A stretch of DNA of 64,000 nucleotides from Setoptus koraiensis (Eukaryota; Animalia; Arthropoda), in NCBI GenBank assembly GCA_048013815.1, contig CM106586.1:17794001-17858000 (forward strand), given 5' to 3'. Under the pieces are notes generated by a model that was not told where the DNA came from, searched no databases, and was given only the letters and a program-made list of their open reading frames with translations. Made by a program: the position numbers and the translations under genes. Position 1 is the stretch's first letter; every line of letters starts with the position of its first letter. This document shows, piece by piece, positions 1-11,900 of this stretch.

Positions 1-364
1 TCTTCTGTTCGTCAATGTTATATATATCTCTCTCTACCAATATTTCATCTAACAGTTTAGCCCAGAAGTGAAACCTCAGTTTAGCTCGATCAGTGTCTGT
101 GGTGGCTTCTCTGACTAGTGAGAGTTCTACATTGAATGCTCTCAGAGCGAACGCAGCTCGTCTTACCCGAGGTTCGTCAATCACCAGAGTGTTGAGATAG
201 TTTTCTCTATCGTACTTTTTGACATGGTTGATACAATATTGTTGTGAACTGTTCTCTCCGCTGTTTGCACTTGAGAGACCTCTGATCAATTTATGATGTG
301 AGATTATCTGAGGAAAAAGGATATAAAAGCGTCGATTTGGCTGGCACAACATTACTGACATCAT
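1..364 (-). CDS. NDUFAF6: NADH dehydrogenase complex I assembly factor 6 (phytoene-synthase-like), 5' part; continues off the left edge
   Basis: Not in the ORF track. Manual translation from the ATG at 364 gives MMSVMLCQPNRRFYIL...QYCINHVKKYDRENYLNTLVIDEPRVRRAAFALRAFNVELSLVREATTDTDRAKLRFHFWAKLLDEI. This matches the NDUFAF6 signature YC...D..NYL...FALRAFNVEL.....R..FW. There is an in-frame stop just upstream and a presequence-like N-terminus. Confidence 0.9.
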   Translation of the reverse strand, partial: MMSVMLCQPNRRFYILFPQIISHHKLIRGLSSANSGENSSQQYCINHVKKYDRENYLNTLVIDEPRVRRAAFALRAFNVELSLVREATTDTDRAKLRFHFWAKLLDEILVERDIYNIDEQK

Positions 365-702
365 GTAAGATTGTTTTCAGAGAAAATTTGACTCGTATCT
401 ATTTTACATAACTGTACACTGGAATTTAACTTCATTTAGATTCGTCATCCACGTGATCGATTCGAGCTTCTCTGATGTAATGGACGAGTTCGCTATTTCA
501 GCTGATTGTTTATATTTTTGAAAAACGCGCTCGGTCTAAAAGCCAGAACTATCTCATCCGCACTGATAGTTCCAATAAACGATTCTTGGATATAAATAGT
601 ACAATACCTATTAGATTATTGCGAACAAATAAAGCATTTGTATTATAAGAATAGTTTATTATTGTAAAAATCAATTTATTATTCATATCGATATTACATA
701 AA
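365..702. promoter_or_regulatory. Putative bidirectional promoter between NDUFAF6 and SNW1, with a DRE-like TATCGATA at 686-693
   Basis: The two start codons are divergent and only 338 bp apart. A perfect TATCGATA palindrome (the Drosophila housekeeping-promoter DRE) lies 10 bp before the SNW1 ATG. Confidence 0.45.
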
Positions 703-1785
703 ATGTCGAATCCACGATCCGAGGCGGCAGCGCCTCGGTACATCAGGTATCTGCCAATCCAGCAAGGAGAGGAGGTCAGCAGCAATTCCAAACAGAGAAT
801 CATACGGATGGTTGAAGCTCAGAAAGATCCTATGGAACCACCCAAGTTTAAGATAAATCAAAAAATTCCTCGTGGCCCGCCATCACCCCCCGCTCCTGTG
901 ATGCATTCGCCACCAAGAAAAGTTACCAGCGAAGAGCAGGCCGCCTGGAAAATACCGCCCTTAGTATCTAGTTGGAAAAATCCCAAGGGTTATACTATAC
1001 CTCTTGATAAGAGATGCGCAGTTGATGGACGTAGTATTATTGGTAGCTCACAAGTGAATGAGAGGTTCGCTCAGCTATCCGAGGCCCTTTACATGGCCAG
1101 TAGCGTGGCCAGAGAACAAGTAGAGATGAGAGCTCAGGCGGAAAGAAAGATTGCACAAAAGGAGAAAGAGAAGAAGGAAGAAGATCTTAGATTGTTGGCC
1201 CAAAAAGCTCGCGAACAGCGAGCAAACGGCCAGCGGTCCGCCCTGGAAGGTCTAGAAGACTCAGATGACGACGACGCCATTCAGAGTAGCGTTGAAGAAA
1301 GGAACAGAATAAGAGAAGAAAGAAGTCGCAATAGAGTGAGAGATGTTAATCTTCAAATGCTTGCCCCCGATAGAAGGTCCAAGTTGGAAAGACAAAGAGA
1401 ACGTGATATAAGTGAACAAATTGCCCTTGGTGTTGCACGTCCCCAAACAAGCGACTCTGATTTTGTCGATCAACGATTGTATGACCAGGCCAGAGGCCTG
1501 AGTTCTGGATTCGGACAAGAGGACGACTACACTGTCTACGATCGACCCTGGAAATCTAAAAACTCTATGGCCAGTACTTACAGGCCGTCTAAAGAAATCC
1601 TTGATGAGATAGATGAGAGCAGACTGGATAAACAAGGTGAAAAGAGGCCTGCTGACTCTGGACCGGTACAATTTACCAAAGAAGAAGACCCGTTCGGTTT
1701 GACAGATTTTCTTAAACAAGCCAGAAATAGTAAGAAAAGTGATTCAGAACAAAAAGAAGATAGATCCAAAAGAAGAAGATCATGA
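703..1785 (+). CDS. SNW1: SNW domain-containing protein 1 (SKIP/Prp45), N-terminally truncated, intronless
   Basis: YIRY..QQG, QRIIRMVEAQKDPMEPPKFKINQKIPRGPPSPPAPVMHSPP, WKIPP..S.WKNPKGYTIPLDKR, ERDISEQIALG, DQRLY, GPVQF..EDPFGL. Confidence 0.96.
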   Translation: MSNPRSEAAAPRYIRYLPIQQGEEVSSNSKQRIIRMVEAQKDPMEPPKFKINQKIPRGPPSPPAPVMHSPPRKVTSEEQAAWKIPPLVSSWKNPKGYTIPLDKRCAVDGRSIIGSSQVNERFAQLSEALYMASSVAREQVEMRAQAERKIAQKEKEKKEEDLRLLAQKAREQRANGQRSALEGLEDSDDDDAIQSSVEERNRIREERSRNRVRDVNLQMLAPDRRSKLERQRERDISEQIALGVARPQTSDSDFVDQRLYDQARGLSSGFGQEDDYTVYDRPWKSKNSMASTYRPSKEILDEIDESRLDKQGEKRPADSGPVQFTKEEDPFGLTDFLKQARNSKKSDSEQKEDRSKRRRS

Positions 1786-2556
1786 TATCCTATCTTGTGT
1801 GAGTCACGTTTATGTCATGTATGAAACTTTCCCAGCGATGATGCGAAAAGCATTATGCTTCGCCATGGAATCATGTTGAATTGTTTTGAAGTTTGCTATG
1901 AATGATAACTAATTGATCACAAAAGCAGATTTCTACATTATGCAACATGATTAAATGCTCCTAGTTACGTTCTATAACAACAGACCCATCTAAACAAGCC
2001 AATGACAGATGGCCGACATATCTCAAGCAGAATCACTGTCAGATTAATTTACCTGTGCAAATTTGTTAGTTGTTCAATGTGACTAAATATTGTGTAAAAT
2101 AGTCTTGTATAGGCAAAGGTCCCAATTAATGAATGATGTTTTTTGATTGCTATGATGAGCGACTCTTTTAACATGCACGCATCAACTCTGTATGGCTTGG
2201 TATATAGGAAATAACAAACTCTAACAATGTCAATACCGAATGTTTTTCGCATTGACACTTTTATTTTAATTTAACTTTATATTAAAAAAGCTCTAAATTT
2301 ACATGAATTCTTGTAAATATTTAGTTATAACATAAGCTTGTGTTCTAATTAGCTTGTAGTGTGGTTGTTCTTTCGCTCTAAATCCAGGAGTTAAACACCT
2401 AATATTACTTTGTAAATGGTCAACTAAACATTTTGACGAGTAAAGAAGTTTACTAGACAAGATCAGGCAGCGGTGAAAAACAAGGCACAATAGAGAATCC
2501 CATCCAAGTATTCAGTTGATCAAGAGTGTAATATTTAGTCCAATCGATCAGAAATC

Positions 2557-5430
2557 ATGAGTAATTTGAATTTTTTGAAGTATATTTCGGTTGTATCAAT
2601 ATTTACAGTATTGATTGCCGCCATAAATTGTGCTGAGATATCAAATGTTCAATCTGATACCATAAATCAAAATCAAAAAAACAATCTTGTCAAAGAAACG
2701 AACCCGGAAGAGGAATCAAAAGATAGAAATACTACGGCTCGTCAGCTAAGCAATATCGATTCGTATCTCTCTAACTATAAACGCTCTGGCTTGGTGAAAG
2801 ATTCTGAAGTTAGTCAAGAGATAACGAAAAGTGGCGAAGAAGAGTCAACTAATTACAATTCTAAGGGTAGGAGCCTCCAATCGAATAGTTCAGCCAGAGC
2901 CTACGGACAGTACTCGAATAACCCACAGCCAATAGTCAACTATGGTCGGCCATATTATCCACAACTTCCCCAACCGCCTCGTCGTGTGCCAGCTTATTCG
3001 CCTCCACCAAGAGTTGCATATCCATCGACAAGCAACTACCAGCCAGTTTATCGGCCATCATCTAGACCCAATGCGTACACCACGCAAAACTTAAACGTTT
3101 CTCCTCCTAAATACAAACAGTATGGTAAACCCCTTGGTTCCGCGCCATACTATGGTCCTAACACAAACTACAACAGACCAAATGAATACAAAAGTAGCAA
3201 TTGCAACAACAATCATAACTATAATAACAAATACAACTACAACGGTAATTATAATACTAGGAAACCATTGCGAAAATATGTGAAACCATCGAAAGGACCC
3301 AAACGTGTGCGTATTACTCACGTAATTAGATTGCGTCGACCTAAACACAAACCGGAAGATATAAAACAAAAAACGCCATTTTCAACTATAACTCCAATCG
3401 GAGCTTTAACTCCAATCGGAGCTTTAACTCCAATCGGCAATATAAGTCCAACTGGAGTTCTTACAATTACCCCACCTCGAACTTCGTTTGGCACAGTGAA
3501 CCCGACCGGATCTTCAATTAAAATTGTAACGCCAACCGGATCTTCAACTGAAACTGTAACACCAACTGGATCTTCAATTAAAACTGTAACGCCAACCGGA
3601 TCTTCAACTGAAATTGTAACACCAACTGGATCTTCAATTAAAACTGTGACGCCAACTGGATCTTCAACTGAAACTGTAACACCAACTGGTTCTTCGATAA
3701 AAACTGTAACGCCAACTGGATCTTCAATTAAAACTGTGACGCCAACCGGATCTTCAACTGAAACTGTAACACCAAATGGAGCATCAGTGGGATCTTCAGT
3801 TGGAACTGGTACTCCAATCGCGACTATAATACCAACTGGAAGTGCAACCGAAACCGAAATCCCCGAGATTGATACCTTGACCAATCAATTTAATTTAGGC
3901 GATCGAGATAAACTTGGTTTGAAAAATCCTGAAACTATTGTAACGACCGCTAATGGTGGTCCAACTAATCAATCCGATGATACCACTATTATTACCGATG
4001 ATCCTGTCAACAGTGATAAATTATCTACAAGTACCGATCCAATCGATGACGTAGATACATCTACTGTAGAAGTTGAGATTGAGAAACTCGGAGGGAAGCG
4101 ACTCCCACAAAGCAACACCGACAAAGCTTTCACTAAATTAGATTTGGAAGGTGATCCAAGTTCCAAGAATGGTGACACCAATGTCGATAGTGATGTAGAC
4201 AACGATCCAGTGTCAGCATCTGCATTATCTCAAGCTTTTAGCAAACCAGAGGATGTTGAAGAGAATGTTAAGATTGTCACGCCCTCAAACAAATCTGAAA
4301 ATGACGATAGAGTGCCTACAAGCGAAAGTCTACTGGAGTCATTCGAAAACGATCCAAATACTGGCTCAACTGAAAAGTTTCCCAGCACTGCGAATATAAA
4401 CAGTGACAAACAATCTACAACTGGAGCTGGAGACGTGGGTTCAGATGAAGATGATGATGGAACTACAGGTGCCTCTGCAACTGCCAAAGCAAGTGCAACA
4501 ACATTCGAGACCAAAAATCCAGATGGAGATCCTGATGCAACTGAAACTGTAACAAAAGAAATCGATGTAGGTGGTGGTGTCGGGCTGAAAGTGGGTAAGA
4601 AAGGTGTCAAAGAGGTCGATGTCGAGGGCAATGTTGGATTGAAAAAATCCGATGTAGTAGTGACTCCCACAAATGGTGGCTCAGGTGAATCTACTGAAAA
4701 TCCAACGATTGCTATCGATGATCCGATAATTAAAGACAAGTTGTCCAACAATGGTGAAAAGCCGAATCAAAGTGATAATACAGAAATACCAGTAATTGAT
4801 GTTGAAGTTGAAAAGCCCGTCACAAAGCAATCTCCTCTGATCAGTGTAACCGGCAGCAAACCAACCTCCAAAGCTGATTTAGAAAGCGGTCCCGGTGGCG
4901 ACAATGATCTTCCAGACAGCGACCAAGGTGCAGAATCTCAAATTTCCGAAGTTATTAGCAAACCAGATAGTGCCAGCAGCGTCTCACCATTGAATAATAA
5001 TGGCGATAACGTAGATACTCCGCAAGTAATATTAGCTGAAGGAGAAATTCCATCAGAATCATTGGATTCTGGGAAGACTGACAAAAGTCCCATTGTTGAC
5101 TCGAAGAAGCCTGGTGGGACGCGCAAAGGTTTCAGGATTAAAGGTGAACTAGGGCTCAACTTACCTGATTGGTTAGGGGGTGGTAAAAAAATTGGAGCTT
5201 CCCTTGAATTTGCAGATCATTTGAATCTTATGAAAGGGCTCAATAAACAGAATAGCAATTTGAATGAACAAATGTCAAAAGGTCTAGCTGAGGCTGAGGT
5301 TGCTTCCAAGTCCGGTGACGATGAAGTTAAGAAATTGGCCTCGAAATTAAAGGGTCTCATTGATGGTATAGGGAAGCAGAAAGAAGATCTATTTAAAGGT
5401 ATCAAGCTGAACAATAAATTAGATAGTTAA
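2557..5430 (+). CDS. Secreted mucin-like low-complexity repeat protein (957 aa), family unknown
   Basis: Uninterrupted 2.87-kb ORF with a hydrophobic N-terminal signal-peptide-like segment (YISVVSIFTVLIAAINCA), a Y/P/N-rich block, T/P/G/S tandem repeats and an acidic S/T/D/E-rich body. Confidence 0.85.
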   Translation: MSNLNFLKYISVVSIFTVLIAAINCAEISNVQSDTINQNQKNNLVKETNPEEESKDRNTTARQLSNIDSYLSNYKRSGLVKDSEVSQEITKSGEEESTNYNSKGRSLQSNSSARAYGQYSNNPQPIVNYGRPYYPQLPQPPRRVPAYSPPPRVAYPSTSNYQPVYRPSSRPNAYTTQNLNVSPPKYKQYGKPLGSAPYYGPNTNYNRPNEYKSSNCNNNHNYNNKYNYNGNYNTRKPLRKYVKPSKGPKRVRITHVIRLRRPKHKPEDIKQKTPFSTITPIGALTPIGALTPIGNISPTGVLTITPPRTSFGTVNPTGSSIKIVTPTGSSTETVTPTGSSIKTVTPTGSSTEIVTPTGSSIKTVTPTGSSTETVTPTGSSIKTVTPTGSSIKTVTPTGSSTETVTPNGASVGSSVGTGTPIATIIPTGSATETEIPEIDTLTNQFNLGDRDKLGLKNPETIVTTANGGPTNQSDDTTIITDDPVNSDKLSTSTDPIDDVDTSTVEVEIEKLGGKRLPQSNTDKAFTKLDLEGDPSSKNGDTNVDSDVDNDPVSASALSQAFSKPEDVEENVKIVTPSNKSENDDRVPTSESLLESFENDPNTGSTEKFPSTANINSDKQSTTGAGDVGSDEDDDGTTGASATAKASATTFETKNPDGDPDATETVTKEIDVGGGVGLKVGKKGVKEVDVEGNVGLKKSDVVVTPTNGGSGESTENPTIAIDDPIIKDKLSNNGEKPNQSDNTEIPVIDVEVEKPVTKQSPLISVTGSKPTSKADLESGPGGDNDLPDSDQGAESQISEVISKPDSASSVSPLNNNGDNVDTPQVILAEGEIPSESLDSGKTDKSPIVDSKKPGGTRKGFRIKGELGLNLPDWLGGGKKIGASLEFADHLNLMKGLNKQNSNLNEQMSKGLAEAEVASKSGDDEVKKLASKLKGLIDGIGKQKEDLFKGIKLNNKLDS
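3391..3795 (+). repeat. Coding tandem repeats: ~4 x 18 nt (TPIGAL) followed by 10 x 30 nt (VTPTGSS-IKT/TET)
   Basis: The 30-nt units start at 3496, 3526 ... 3766. IKT and TET variants mostly alternate, giving a 60-nt higher-order repeat. Confidence 0.95.
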
Positions 5431-5647
5431 TCACCCAAGTTGTGATTGAATAGTAGTGAATGTAGATTTCAAATAATTAAATAAAGTTTGAAAAACAATC
5501 GCAAACAAATTTGTCTGTCCACCACTTGTTTCAAGAGGGTATAATTTAACAATTTATTCCATGACATTTTCAATTGCTTCATAATGTGAAACACACGCAT
5601 GTATAAAGAAAGGAAGACAGATCCAACGACTGGCAAAAATTTTGAAG

Positions 5648-6619
5648 TTAGAATTCCAAATGTAGTGGGTAGTATTTGTGGTCGGTTGGATATTCTCCGG
5701 CAACATTCAGACAAAATCTGAAATTCTTATTCAGATTTTCCAGTTCACACATATCATCGCTGGAGATTTCAAAATTAAACACGTCTATATTGGCTTTAAT
5801 ACGAGCTTCATTCACACTCTTTGGAATGACCATCACATTTCTTTGTATTTGATACCTAATTAGAATCTGTGCCGGGCTCTTGCTATATTTTTCAGCCAGT
5901 CTGTTGACAGTGGGATCGGCCAACAACTCAGGATCATCCTTTTTCGCATCGTCACGATGTGGCATACCCAAGGGACAGTAGGCTGTCAAGACTATGCCCC
6001 TTTCCGTGCAAAAATCAAGAAGCTTTCTCTGGTTCAAGTATGGATGACACTCAACTTGATTGACAGTTGGTACATGACGGCACATTCCTAATATACGATT
6101 GATCATCTCATGATTAAAATTGCTCAAACCTATAGACTTGGCCAATCCTGCATCCTTCACGTCCTCCATACCTTGCCATGTCTCTAGATAGTCTGTGTCA
6201 GAATATATCAATTTGCCATCGCTGTCTTTTGGATTTATGGGATCACCTCCTTCTTCATAGGCCATTGGCCAGTGTATTAGAAGAAGATCAACGTAGTCGA
6301 GTCCAAGTGCTTTACAAGAATTTTTGGCCGATTCCATGACCGACGACCTCTTGTGTGATGTACACCATACCTTCGTGACAATTGCTATGTCTTCGCGTTT
6401 GATCAGGCCATCCTCAATGCACTTGTTGACTGCTTTGCCAACAACATCTTCAGTCTGATACAAGAATGCTGTATCTATGTGGCGGTAACCAGCCTTAACA
6501 GCACTTCTGATCGCTTCATAACCAGGTTCTCCCGGTTCTGAGCCCAATAATCTACTTGTACCCAATCCTAGAAGAGGAATGGAATTTCCATCATTTAGCT
6601 TGATCTTAGGACTTGTCAT
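5648..6619 (-). CDS. Aldo-keto reductase family 1 (aldose reductase-like), intronless
   Basis: LNDGNSIPLLGLGT, GYRHIDTAFLY (catalytic D, Y), IVTKVW (K), LLLIHWP (H), AKSIGLSNFN, NQVECHPYL, IPKS. First in-frame ATG is at 6619. Confidence 0.95.
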   Translation of the reverse strand: MTSPKIKLNDGNSIPLLGLGTSRLLGSEPGEPGYEAIRSAVKAGYRHIDTAFLYQTEDVVGKAVNKCIEDGLIKREDIAIVTKVWCTSHKRSSVMESAKNSCKALGLDYVDLLLIHWPMAYEEGGDPINPKDSDGKLIYSDTDYLETWQGMEDVKDAGLAKSIGLSNFNHEMINRILGMCRHVPTVNQVECHPYLNQRKLLDFCTERGIVLTAYCPLGMPHRDDAKKDDPELLADPTVNRLAEKYSKSPAQILIRYQIQRNVMVIPKSVNEARIKANIDVFNFEISSDDMCELENLNKNFRFCLNVAGEYPTDHKYYPLHLEF

Positions 6620-7536
6620 TGTCAACAACTAAAATAAGCACCGCAAAACTGAAAATATGCTATTGAGTGACTATGACAGATTTAAACAATCGATAATTAT
6701 TTTTACCTTCTTCACATATGTTTTTTTACATATATTTATTAAGCGAAGTAAATATGTCAGTTTGGGTGACAGAGTTTCTTTGCTTGTAAAAAACTGGTAA
6801 CTTGTGTATCAACTATACTAGAATGAATGATAGAAAAATGTGAATTGAAAATTTTTCTCCTATGTTCTCTAATCTCTTGTTTGCCTGGAAAAATGTGAAA
6901 TCGAAGTGTAGGTAGATAATGCCTACAAATAGTATCTAAACAATAAGTTAAAATAGCAAGTGCGGAATGATTACGTAATCGTTATTGACAAAAGACTACA
7001 TTCGTTCATCGTAGCTGTTAGTTGTAAAATGCCACTGTTGACTGTTTATGATAAACATATGGGCTTAATTACGCCTAGAGATAGAGATGATATATAGAGA
7101 TGTATCACGATTGTACATTGTAAAAGAGATAGGAGTGCAATTTGTGTCTGACTATCCAGGACGTAAATAGTCGATCGTAGAGAATAGTTCAGAAATACAG
7201 TGGAAGTAATCTACCTCCCATCTCCTGAGGAGCCACCAAATGATAAGTAATATGCAAAACAATATACTGATATATATTATCGCTGGGTTCTAATTGCACA
7301 AGTGTGTGTGTGTGTGTGTGTGTGTACCACGGGGATAAAGTAGCAGTGAAACAAAGTATTTATTATCATAATAATAATTGATGATTGGCTAAACAATGAG
7401 TGAAGTGTCTGGTTGACGTACAGGCAGGTTTATTGTAAGAAACTTATACGGAACATGATCATGAATTTATGTAATCATCTTTGACCTTGCCTGAGTAGAA
7501 ACTCCTATATTCATCAGTCAGCGAGGTAAACTGAGC

Positions 7537-8002
<466 letters not shown>

Positions 8003-8640
8003 CTAGGAGTTGGGTTGAAATTGTTCTGGCGACGACGGCTAGTTTTTTCTTCTTTTTTTTGAATGCTTTGAATAGAGACAGAAAACTTGTTGTCCACTCA
8101 GTCAATGGACTGAGACGGGGAGATCGTAGGTCGGGAAGGTGTTGTTGATTTGCTACTCTCCATTTCTCCATCGGTCTCCCAAATCTCCAGAAAACTAAAG
8201 AAAACAAAAAATCGATCGACATCGTGACCAGTAACATGACATTTCTCCTTTAAAGTATAGAGATCTTCGTAACCTCCCTACGATCTAATAAAGAATTGAT
8301 CAAGCTCGATATGCATGTGGCAGATTTTCTTATCGTCTGAACTATACATTCAACGAGATCGAAGGTTTTGCGTTAAATTAGCGACGAAATTTTGCATTAG
8401 CCTCATCTAGCAATCTCCTGTTACCAGTCCAGTTGGAGTTTGTCCAACCAACTAGACTAAAGAGTTTTTAGTAAAAATCATCATCGCCCTAGAATTGTGC
8501 ATATCTGCGTGAGACAACACCATAGTAAGAATCACAGAACGATGAACACGATCGGATGTGTGGATATGCGACATCATATCTTTGCAGTTTAGTTATTATT
8601 TATCAATAATTTATTTAGAATCATACATAATAATAAATAA

Positions 8641-8898
8641 TTATAAATGCAACCTGGAATAGTTTCTTGGTATTAAATGAGCTTCAGTGTTAAATATGTA
8701 ATCATTAAGTAATCGACTTATAATTGTTTCATCATCACAGAAAACGAGAAATAAGTACTTGAGGGTTTCACTCATCCAGAAGCTTTCCATTCTATCCGGC
8801 AAGTGTCCGATATTTCTTTTGTAGTCCAACTTTCTTACATCAGGTATAGGTGCATACCCGCCGGGCACTCGACAGTATTTGTTGAACGAATTGAAGAC
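8641..8898 (-). CDS. Terminal exon of a class I (GH47) alpha-1,2-mannosidase; upstream exons are not in the readable sequence
   Basis: An acceptor ttctccag at 8899-8900 is followed by VFNSFNKYCRVPGGYAPIPDV...DRMESFWMSETLKYLFLVF...YIFNTEAHLIP, the GH47 C-terminal ESF..ETLKY / FNTEAH motifs. Confidence 0.88.
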   Translation of the reverse strand, partial: VFNSFNKYCRVPGGYAPIPDVRKLDYKRNIGHLPDRMESFWMSETLKYLFLVFCDDETIISRLLNDYIFNTEAHLIPRNYSRLHL

Positions 8899-8988
8899 CT
8901 GGAGAATGAGAGATAATGTCAGTTTGAATTTATAATGTCAAATATAAAAAGTCAATAGAGTAACTGGTTAGAGTAACTACTCACATTT

Positions 8989-11900
8989 AATACATATTAA
9001 AAAAAATTTATAATTTTATTAATATTTTTAAATTTAACACATATTAATATTCTAAAATATATTATTACAAACTAAAAAAATCAATTATATATTACTAAAA
9101 AACAAAATCAAACAAAAAAACTTAAATTTTTACCAAAATTTTATTTTTGTAATAACATCATAAATCCTTTTTACCCTCAAAATTTAATTTTAATTATTAT
9201 AAATTATAAAAAATAATTAATTAAAAATAAAAATTTAATTTAATTAAATTTAATAAAAATTTATTTAAATATATATTATTAATATATTATTAATTATTTG
9301 ATAATATAAAATAATAATAATATTAAATAAATATAAAATTAAATATAAAATAAATTATAATATAAAAAAAAAATTAATATATTATATTAATATAAAATTA
9401 TTTTTTTTAATAATAATTAAATTTATTAAAAAAAAATAAAAATGAAATTATATATTTTTATATTTATTATTATAAATTTAAATTTATTATTTAATTATTA
9501 TATAAGATAATATATATAAATATATTATTATAATAATTAAATATTAATTAAGATTTTTTTTTTAATTAAAAATATAAAATTAATATATAATAATTAAATA
9601 TTTAAATATAAAAATATTTTTATAAAATTATTATAAAATTATAAAATTTATCTAATAAAAATATATCATAATATATAATAATATATATAATATTTATAAA
9701 ATAAAATAAATAAATATATAATAAAAATTAATTTAATAAAATAATAATTTATAATAATATATAAATATAATAAAATTATAAATAAAAATTTAAAAAATAA
9801 ATATTATATATTATAATTAATAATAAAAATAAATAATAATTTATTATATTTATATATTAAAATTTTATTTAAATATAAAAATATAAAAAATTATAAATAT
9901 AAAATTTAAAATATATAAAATATAAAAATAAATATATAATATATATTTATAATATTTATAAAAATTAATAAAATAAATTTAAATATATTAAAAATTAAAA
10001 TTTATTATAATAATATAATAAACTAATATTTATTAATAATATAATAAATATAATAATTTAAATAAAATTTAAAAAATAAATATTAATTTATATAAAATAA
10101 AATAATATAAATATATAATAATATACATAATTACTAACATATTAAATAATAATAAATTAAATTTATAAAATAATAAAATAAATAAATTTTAAAAAATATA
10201 TATAATTAAAAATAAAATTATATAAATAAAAATTAATAATTTATTAAATATAATTTTTATAAAATAAAATAAATATAATAAAATTTTAAATTTAAATATT
10301 CAAATAAAACTAAATATAAAATACAATATAATAATAATTAAAAATAAATAAAAATATATATTATAAAACATAATATAATAATATATAAAATAATTAATAA
10401 ATATATAAAAATATAATAATATAAATTAATTCAAATAAAAATATTCTAATAAATAATATAAATAAATTTTTACAAAATAAAAACAAATAATATATACAAA
10501 TATAAAATTATACATATTAAATAATAAAATAATCATAATCAAATCTAATAATAAAAATATAAATAATTACTATTATACTAATTAAAATAATTTACTATTT
10601 AAATCAATATATATAATATATATATATATTATAAATTACATCTAAATAAATAAAAAATATTAAAATAAAATTCAATAAATTAAATAAAATTTTTAATATC
10701 TATAATAAATTTAATATTTTTTAATATTATATAAAAAATAATATAAAATATAAATAAAAATTATTAATATAAATAATATATATTTTCATATATAATTATA
10801 AAATATTAAAAGTAATATTTATATAATAAAATATTTTATAAAGTTTTATAAATTTTAAATACTAATATAATATTAATATAATAAATTTAAATTTATTAAT
10901 ATTAATATATATTATTAAAAAAATTAATATAATATTATATAATTTATATTTAATACGTTAATCTACTTATATATATATATAGAATATATAATAATATATA
11001 TTATAATTTAATAAATATCTAATATTTAATAATAAATACCAATCTTAAAATTAAACTTTCAATTATAAATACTAAACAATATCAAAAATACATAAATATA
11101 ACATCATAACAAAATATATTCATATAATGACTCTATATAAATTAAAAATTTAATATATTAATATTTCAACATACACTCAATTATAAACCAACACTCCTAT
11201 AAACATAATTAAAAATTACTAAATAACAATACAATTTATATGATAAAAATATATAATGTAAGTCGTATTCAATATTTAGGTATTATAAATAATACAAAAA
11301 AGATCACTCTATATAAATATAAATAATACAACTAATACTAATTATTATATAATTTAAAATTATATACAATATAAACAAACTCAAATAAAATAAAATTATA
11401 CATACCATATATATTAATATATAAAATAAAAATTATCCAATTCAAAACACAAATCAACATACATTAAACCAATAACTTTCACACATAATCACCATTATTA
11501 CTTTCCTCCCAAATAAATTAAATATTTTTATTACCCAAACAATCAAAAAAATAACAAACCAACAACAAACACACAATTTATAATCAAACATAAATTAATA
11601 ATCAAAAACCCACTCAAAAAATAAACAACCATACTCCAAACAAATCTTGAAAAACCACCATACCTTTCAATTCATCCCACTACTACTCATTTTAATATAA
11701 CAAACACAATAAAATAACAATTAAACACTCAACATCAATCACAACTTTCCTACAAAAAATACCACCCACTTACCTAATCTACTAACAAAACAATCCAATT
11801 CTTATTCAAAATCTTCCCCATTTCAAAATAATAAAATCCACAATAAATAATTAAATTTCTAAAAACCAATTTTTCAAATATCATAAATAAAAATTAAATA

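Noticed and set aside
3091-5414. Long antisense ORFs (e.g. 3318-3884, 4230-4751)
   Set aside because: Shadows of the repetitive, codon-biased sense ORF. The same applies to antisense ORFs over SNW1, FNDC3, the GPCR, Raf and RpS6.
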